This document shows positions 55,741 to 64,000 of a stretch of 64,000 nucleotides of DNA, piece after piece (positions within the stretch are counted from its first letter, which is position 1; every line of letters starts with the position of its first letter). The notes below the pieces were generated by a model. That model was not told where the DNA came from. It was given only the letters and a program-made list of their open reading frames with translations, and made no database searches. Source of the DNA: the human T2T-CHM13v2.0 reference genome, Homo sapiens; the NCBI RefSeq assembly GCF_009914755.1, contig NC_060938.1; one strand, 5' to 3'. Made by a program: the position numbers and the translations under genes.

Positions 55741-56477
55741 GTTATTACTATCATCGAGAATAGCCAACATTTAATAAGCCCTTTCTTTCTTTCTTCCAGG
55801 CAATATTATAAGTGTTTTACTTGTGTTCCCGTGTTTAATCCTCACGACCAGTCAGTCAGTGAGGTGTGTCTTACTGCTATTCTGGTTTTGTAGATGAGAC
55901 AACTGAGGCTCAAGTTCATGTGGCTAGATTTGAACCCCGGCTAACTTTACAGCCCATGCTACTAAATACACTGCCTCGACTCAAGGCACACACAATGACA
56001 CAGCTAGTTAGTGGTGAAGTCAGATTCAAATCCTAAACTCTAGAGCATCTCATTATTGCTCAGTGTGTATTTTAGTGCCATCCTTGGCTACGGCCTGTCC
56101 TGGGCACAAAGTGATCTTATACAAGCTGCTTGTGCTCTCTGACCTGAGTTTCTTTAGCTGCAACATGGATTAAAAGGCACAACTACTTTATAAGATTATT
56201 TTCAAGATAAGCAAAAAGGTATATCAAGTTCAGCAGTTGGGATACAGAGTATTCTCAGTTAAGAAAAAAAAGGTATTATGTTTTTCCCCCCTGTAGAAAC
56301 CTTGGTTTTCTTGTCTGCTAAATAGAAAATATAAATCTATCTCAAAGGATGTCTTGGTTATCAAGTGAGAAAAGTATTTTCATAAAGACAGGCAATTGGA
56401 AACTGAGAAAAGTTATAAAATATTTTTGAAAGTTGAGAAGGACTTTAGTTCTGACCCCTATCAATTTATGTTATTCC

Positions 56478-59400
56478 AAACCAGAAAGACAATTCTGGTA
56501 ATATGACAAAATGGGGTTCCTTAACCAAAAGCTCACACTAGCTCATCATCAATGGATCTAAACCAAGAAGAAATCTCTGAATTGCCAGAAAAAGAATACA
56601 GAAGGTCGATTATTAAGCTACTCAAGGAGGCACCAGAGAAAGATGAATAACAATTTAAAGAAATTTTTAAAATGATGCAAGATATGGATAGAAAAATCTC
56701 CAGAGAAATAGCATAAATAAACAACAATCACAACTTCTGGAAATAAAGGACAAACTTAGAGAAATGCAAAATACACTGGAAAGTCTAAGAAATAGAATCA
56801 AACAAGTAGAAGAAAGAACTTTAGAGCTTGAGGACAAGGCTTTCAGGTTAACCCAATCCAACAAAGACAAAGGATAGTTTTTGAAAAAATTGAACAAAGG
56901 CCCCAAGAAGTTTGGGATTATGTTAAATGAACAAACCTAAGAATAATTGGTATTCCTGAAGAAGAGAAATCTAAAAGTTTGGAAAACATATTTGAGGGAA
57001 TAACCAAGAAAGCTTTCCTGGCCTTGCTAGAGATCTAGACATCCAAATACAGGAAGCTTAAAGAACACACAGGAAATTCATCACAAAAAGATCATTGCCT
57101 AGGCACATAGTCATCAGGTTATCTAAAGTCAAGAGGAAGGAAATAATTTTAAGAGCTGTGAAGCAAAAGCATCAGGCAACCCAAAAAGGAAAACCTATCA
57201 GATTAACAGCAAATTTCTCAGCAGAAACCCTACAAGCGGAAAGGGATTGGGGTCCTATCTTTACCCTCCTTAAACAAAACAATTATCAGCCAAGAATTTT
57301 GTAACCAGTGAAACTATGCTTCATAAATGAAAGATACAGTCTTTCTCAAACAAATGTTGAGAGAATTCACCACTACCAAGCCAGCAGTACAAGAACTGCT
57401 AAAAGGAGCTCTAAATCTTGAAAGAAATCCTCAAAATCACCAAAATAGGACCTCCTTAAAGTATAAATCTCACAGGACCTATAAAACAATAACACAATGA
57501 AAAAAAAATCTAGGGCATTCAGGCAACAACTAGCATGACGAATAGAATAGTATTTTGCTTCTCAATATTAACGTTGAATGTAAATGTCCTAAATGCGCCA
57601 CTTAAATGATACAGAATGGCAGAATGGATAAGAGTTCACCAATCAAGTATCTGCTGTCTTTAAGAGACTCACCTAACACATAAGCACTCAGATGAAGAGG
57701 TGGAAAAATATATTCCATGCAAATTGACACCAAAAGTGAGCAGAAGTAGCTATACTTATATCAGACAAAACAGACATTAAAGCAACAACAGCTAAAAAAA
57801 AAAAAAACAGAGGGATATTATATAATGATAAAAGGACCAGTCTAACAGAAAAATATCACAATCCTAAATATATATTCACCTAACACTGGAGCTCTGAAAT
57901 TTATAAAACAATTACTAATAGACCTGAGATAGATGGCAACACAGTAATAGTGGGGGACTTCAATACTCCACTGACAGTACTAGACAGGTCATCAAGACAA
58001 AAAGTCAACAACAACAAAAAATGGACTTAAACTATACCCTAGAATAAATGGACTTAACAGCTGTTTACAGAACATTCCACCCAACAATCACAGAATATAC
58101 ATTCTATTTAACAGTGCATGGAACTTTTTCCAAGATAGACCATATGATAGGCCACAAAACAAGTCTCAATAAGTCTAAGAAAACTGAAATTATATCAAGT
58201 ACTCTCTCAGACCACAGTGGAATAAAATTGGAAAGTAATTCCAAAAGGAACCCTCAAAACCGTGCAAATACATGGAAATTAAGTAACCTGCTCCTGAATG
58301 ATTGTTGGGTCAACAATGAAATCAAAATAGAAATTAAATAATTATTTGAACTGAACAATAATAGTGACAGAACCTATCAAAACCTCTGGAATACAGTAAA
58401 AGCAGTGCTAAGAGGAAAGTTCATAGCATTGAATGCCTACATCAAAAAGTCTGAAAGAGCACAAAAAGACAATCTAAGGTCACACCTCAAGGCACTAGAG
58501 AAACAAGAACAAATTAAACCCAAACTCAATAGAAGAAAAGAAATAAATAACAAAGATTAGAGCAGAAATGAATGAAATTGAAACAAAAGAATACAAAAAA
58601 AAAATGAAACAAAAAGCTAGTTCCTTGAAAAGATAAAAACAATTAACAGACCATTAGCGAGATTAACCAAGAAAAGAAGAGAGAAGATCCCAATAAGCTC
58701 AACTGGAAATGAAACAGGAGATATTACAACTGATAACATAGAAATGCAAAATGTCATTCAAGGCTACTGTCAACACTTTTATTCACATAAACTAGAAAAC
58801 CTAGAGGAGATAAATAAATTCCTGGAAATATACAACCTCCTAGACTAAACCAGGAAAAAATTGAAACCCTGAACAGACCAATAACAAGCAGCGAGACTGA
58901 AAGGGTAATTTTTAAATTGCCAAGAAAAAAAAGTCAAGGACCAGATGGATTCACAGCTGAATCCTATCAGACATTGAAAGAAGAATTGATACCAATCCTA
59001 TTGACACTACTCCAAAAGACAGAGAAAGAGGGAATCCTCCTTACTTCATTCTATGAAGCCAGGATCACCCTAATACTAAAACCAGGAAAGGGCATAACAA
59101 AAAAAAGAAAACTACAGACCAATATTCCTGATGAACATAGATGCAAAAATCCTTAACAAAATACTAGCTAACCAAATCCAACAGCATATCAAAAAGATAA
59201 TCCACCATGATTAAGTGGGTTTCATACCAGGGATGCAGGGACGGTTTGACATACGCATGTCAATAAACATGATACACCACATAAACAGAATTAAAAACAA
59301 AAATCACATGGCTATCTCAATAGATGCAGAAAAAGCATTTGACAAAATTCAGCATTACTATAGATTAAAACCCTCAGCAAAATCAGTGTAGAAGAGACAT

Positions 59401-61273
59401 ACCTTAAGGTAGTAAAAGCCATCTGTGACAAACCCACAGCTAACATTATACTGAACAGGGAAAAGTTGAAAGCTTCCCCCTGAGAACAGGAAAAAGTCAA
59501 GGATGCCCACTTCCATCACTTCTATTCAACATAGTACTGGAAGTCCTAGCCAGAGCAATCAGACGAGAGAAAGAAATAAAAGGCATCCAAATCAGTAAAG
59601 AGGAAGTCAAACTGTCACTGTTCGCTGATGATATAATTGTATAGCTAGAAAACCCTAAAGACTCATCCAAAAAGCTTCTAGAACTGATAAATGAATGCAG
59701 TAAAGTTTCAGAATACAAAATCAATGTACACAAATCAGTAGCACTGCTATTCACACCAACAGCTACCAAGCCAAGAATCAAATAAAAAACTCAACCCCTT
59801 TTACAGTAGCTGCAAAGCAAAACAAAACAAAACAAAAAAACAAAAAACAAAACAAAACAAAACAAACAAAAAAATACTTAGGACTATACCTAACCAAGGA
59901 GGTGAAAGACCTTTACAAGAGAAACTACAAAACACTGCTGAAAGAAATCATAGATGACACAAACAAATGGAAACACATCCCATGCTCATGGATGGGTAGA
60001 ATCAATGTTGTGAAAATTACCATATTGCCAAAAATAGCCTATAAATTCAGTGCAATTCCCATCAAAATACCACCATCATTCTTCACAGAACTAGAAAAAA
60101 CAACTCTAAAATCCATATATGGAACCAAAAAAAGAGCCTGCATAGCCAAAGCAAGACTAAGCAAAAAGAAGAAATCTAGAGGCATCACATTATCTGACTT
60201 CAAGATTTACTATAAAGCTATAGTCACCAAGGCAGCATGGTACTGGTATAAAAATAGGCACATAGACCAATGGAACAGAATAGAGAACCCAGAAATAAAG
60301 CCAAATACTTACAGCCAACCAATCTTTGACAAAGCACATGAAAACAAAGTAGGGAAAGGACACCATATTCAACAAATGGTGCTGGGATAATTGGCAAGCC
60401 ACATCTAGAAGAATAAAACTGAATCCTCCTCTCTCACTTTATATAAAAATCAATTCAAGATGGATCAAAGACTGAAATATAAGACCTGAGACCATAGAAA
60501 TTCTAGAAGATAACATCAGAAAAACCATTTTAGACATTGGCTTAGGCAAAGACTTCATGACCAACAACCCAAAAACAATGCAACAAAAACAAAAATAAAT
60601 AGATGGGACTCAATTAAATGAAAAAGCTTCTGCACAGCAAAAGAAATAATCTGCAGAATAAACAGACAACCCACAGAATGGGAGAAAATCTTCACAAACT
60701 AAGCATCTGACAAAAGACTAATAGATAGAATTTACAAGAAACTCAAATCAGCAAGAAGGAAACAAACAATCTCATCAAAAAGTGGGCTAAGGACAAGAAT
60801 AGACAATTCTCAAAAGAAGATATATAAATGGCCAAAAACCTATGAAAAAATTCACAACCTCACTAATTATCAGGGAAATCCAAATCAAAACCACACACAA
60901 TACCACTGTACTCATGCAAGAATGGCCATAATCAAAAAATTAAAAAGTAATAGAGTTGGCATGGATGTGGTGAAAAGGGAACACTTTTACACTGCTGGTG
61001 GGAATGTAAACTAGTACAACTACTGTGGAAAACAGTGTGGGGATTCCTTAAAGAGCTAAAAGTAAATTTACCATTTGATCCAGCAATCCCATACTGGGTA
61101 TCCACCTACAGGAAAAGAAGTCATTATTCAAAAAAGATATTTGCACACACATGTTTATAGCAGCACAATTCACAACTGCAAAAATATGGAACCAGCCCAA
61201 ATGCTCATCAATCATTGAGTGGATTTTTAAAAATTTGGTATATATTTTAAATGCTTAAAAATTTGGTGTGTAT

Positions 61274-61335
<62 letters not shown>

Positions 61336-61536
61336 CAAATTTTATATATAATACCAAATTTGGTATATATATATACACACACACACACCAAATGTATACT
61401 GTATACCAAGTGTACACTGCTTGAGTGATGGACGCACCAAAGTCTCGGAAATCACCACTAAAGAATTTATCCATGTAACCAAACAGCACCTCTTCCCTAA
61501 AAACCTATTGAAATAAAAAATTAAAATTAAAAAAAA
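56478..61536 (+). mobile_element. L1PB-type LINE-1, lacking the 5'UTR, ORF1 and ORF2 disrupted
   Basis: ORF1 fragment PRHIVIRLSK...GKPIRLTANFSAETLQA; endonuclease fragment HGTFSKIDHMIGHK...SDHSGIKLE; ORF2 GPDGFTAE and [13 protein letters not shown]; L1PB 3' end and A-rich tail; many stops and frameshifts. Confidence 0.96.
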
Positions 61537-62055
61537 TTTTGTTCTTCCTCTATCTAGGACAATCTTATTCATTCCCATGGGTTTCACTACCATCTACACA
61601 ATTTCAGGTATTGTATTTTTCAGGTTTGTTTGTTTCTATTTCTCTGATTTTTTTTATTTCATTCATTAAGTGCATTTTTTTAACATCATTGAACAATAAT
61701 AACTGCCTTAACATCCTTGTCCGCTACCTACCATGTTGAGGTCAGTCTCTATTAATTGTCTTTTCTCTTCAGAATGGGTCATATTTTCCTATTTGTGTGT
61801 CAAGTAATTTTGGATTGTGTTATAGACATTGTGACTGTCATGTTATTCTTGTCTATTATAACTGAATTTGGTTATTCCTGAGGAGACTGCTGATTTTTTG
61901 TTTGTATTAGCAGGCAATGTTAACATAGGTGGGTGCAAACTGAAAACTCTGACACAGGCGGTAGCTCAAATCTCAGTTTAGCTCTTTCATCCTTAGCTGA
62001 ACTACTTGCAGTCTGTCCTGCAAATGCATGGTTCAGCGGTCCACCAGAGATTTGA

Positions 62056-62607
<552 letters not shown>

Positions 62608-63434
62608 CCATAGTTGTCTTTTACATTGTATTCTGTTTTACCAAAAAAGTGCCCCCATAGCTTACCATGCAGGGAACTCTGATGCTTCCCTTTCCATTTG
62701 AAAGTCATAAATACATACTTCTAGATTCACTCCATCAGCCATCAAAGAGCCTATCCAAAATTATTTTTTTCTAGCCAATTCAGAGACTTCTACATTCATT
62801 TTCTCATTTGTCCATTTACTCATTCTGTGATAGAAAAGCAGAAATGTGGTTTGTAAAATCCCAGCCCCAGCATCATATAGAATGCATTTGGAGCTGAGGG
62901 ACAACACTTGGGTGAATTGCTTCCCCTCTCTGAGTCTGTTTCCTCTTTTATAAAAAGTTGGATGTTCAATTAAGCATTATATACAACAGCAAAAGAAAAA
63001 ATGAAAATGACTTTAAGCAACCTAACTGGTAAAAATAATTATAGTCAAACTATATCATAGAATATAGCATATTTGTTAAGAATGATTTGGATGAAGATGA
63101 TGTGGGAAATGTTTTAAATTATATGGTGTTAATATAATAAAATTATAATAAAACAAGTTATAAACAAGTAAATATAACATAGGATCCCAGTTTTGTTTAA
63201 AAATATACATAATATCCTTTGAAAAAAGACTAAAAAGATATATGACCAAATGTTTACAACTGATATGTTTTCTAGGTAGGATTATAGGTGATTTCTAGTT
63301 TTTTCTTTATTTTCCAATTTTTCTAAAATTAATATATCTTAGGTTTGTTTCAAGTAAAAAGCTTTTAAAATTTTTTAAATTAAAGGGGTAGGCTTATCAC
63401 CAAAGTCTCTTGCAGCCAGAACATTCTGTGACTC

Positions 63435-63560
63435 ATTGATTTATTCAGATGTATGTATTGAGCACCTACTGTATACCAGCCACTCTGCCAGGTACTGGGG
63501 AGAAGTTAAAGATGATTAAGATATTATACCATGCAGCTTACAGTCTAGAGGGGAATCGAA
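63435..63560 (-). mobile_element. L2 3' fragment
   Basis: tattgagcacctactgtataccag...gcttacagtctagagggg. Confidence 0.6.
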
Positions 63561-64000
63561 CACATCTCATTCATTTTTAAAGCCCCAGTATTTGGCTCAG
63601 TGCCCCAAACACAGCAGTTGCCCATTTGATGTTTGTCGAACAAATGTTTATTATAATCACCTATCTGAAAATCAAAGCAGAATATCTACCTGAGACAAGG
63701 AGATACAAGGGGTATATATGGGGGTGCCGTGGAGGTAACCAGAGGGAATAAGGGCTGCAAGGGGAGGGGCATGTAGACCAGAATGTGAGATGTAAGTGGA
63801 AGGTCCAACTTGCCTGTGTGTGTTGGGTGTAGACAGGAATGGAGAGACCCACCCCCTTGCTAGGATGTTCTTCGATGGTCCCCAAGAACACCTAAGGTGA
63901 TCAGAGGTTCCCTGCATTCCTAGGGGAGGTCAAGGAACCAGGTCCCTCCCTCTGCAGGTAATCCCTCAAGCCAGCATCCTTCACTTGCACGAAGGAAATG

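Noticed and set aside
56478-61536. Active LINE-1 or intact reverse transcriptase gene
   Set aside because: No 5'UTR, numerous stops and frameshifts, old subfamily

Overview
Primate genomic DNA, most likely human because it contains an Alu with all five AluYa5 diagnostics. I see no convincing protein-coding gene, RNA gene or CRISPR array and cannot name the locus. The ORFs are chance, low-complexity, Alu-derived or transposon remnants. The window reads as intergenic or intronic sequence rich in MIR, L2, Alu, MaLR/ERVL LTRs, hAT/mariner elements and L1, including a ~5 kb 5'-truncated L1PB-type element at 56.5-61.5 kb. Several TE-free islands look regulatory, chiefly 10.4-11.5 kb. The most unusual signals are local rearrangements clustered at 11.8-27.4 kb: (1) a ~1 kb inversion shown by two oppositely oriented halves of one hAT element that still share an 8-bp target-site duplication; (2) a ~835 bp, ~99% identical duplicate 3.49 kb from its source; (3) a TG-rich array facing an inverted CA-rich counterpart; (4) a 196-bp tandem duplication plus 51-bp and ~63-bp minisatellites. 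Repeat family names come from recalled consensus sequences and need Dfam/RepeatMasker confirmation. I found no evidence for a new gene system.
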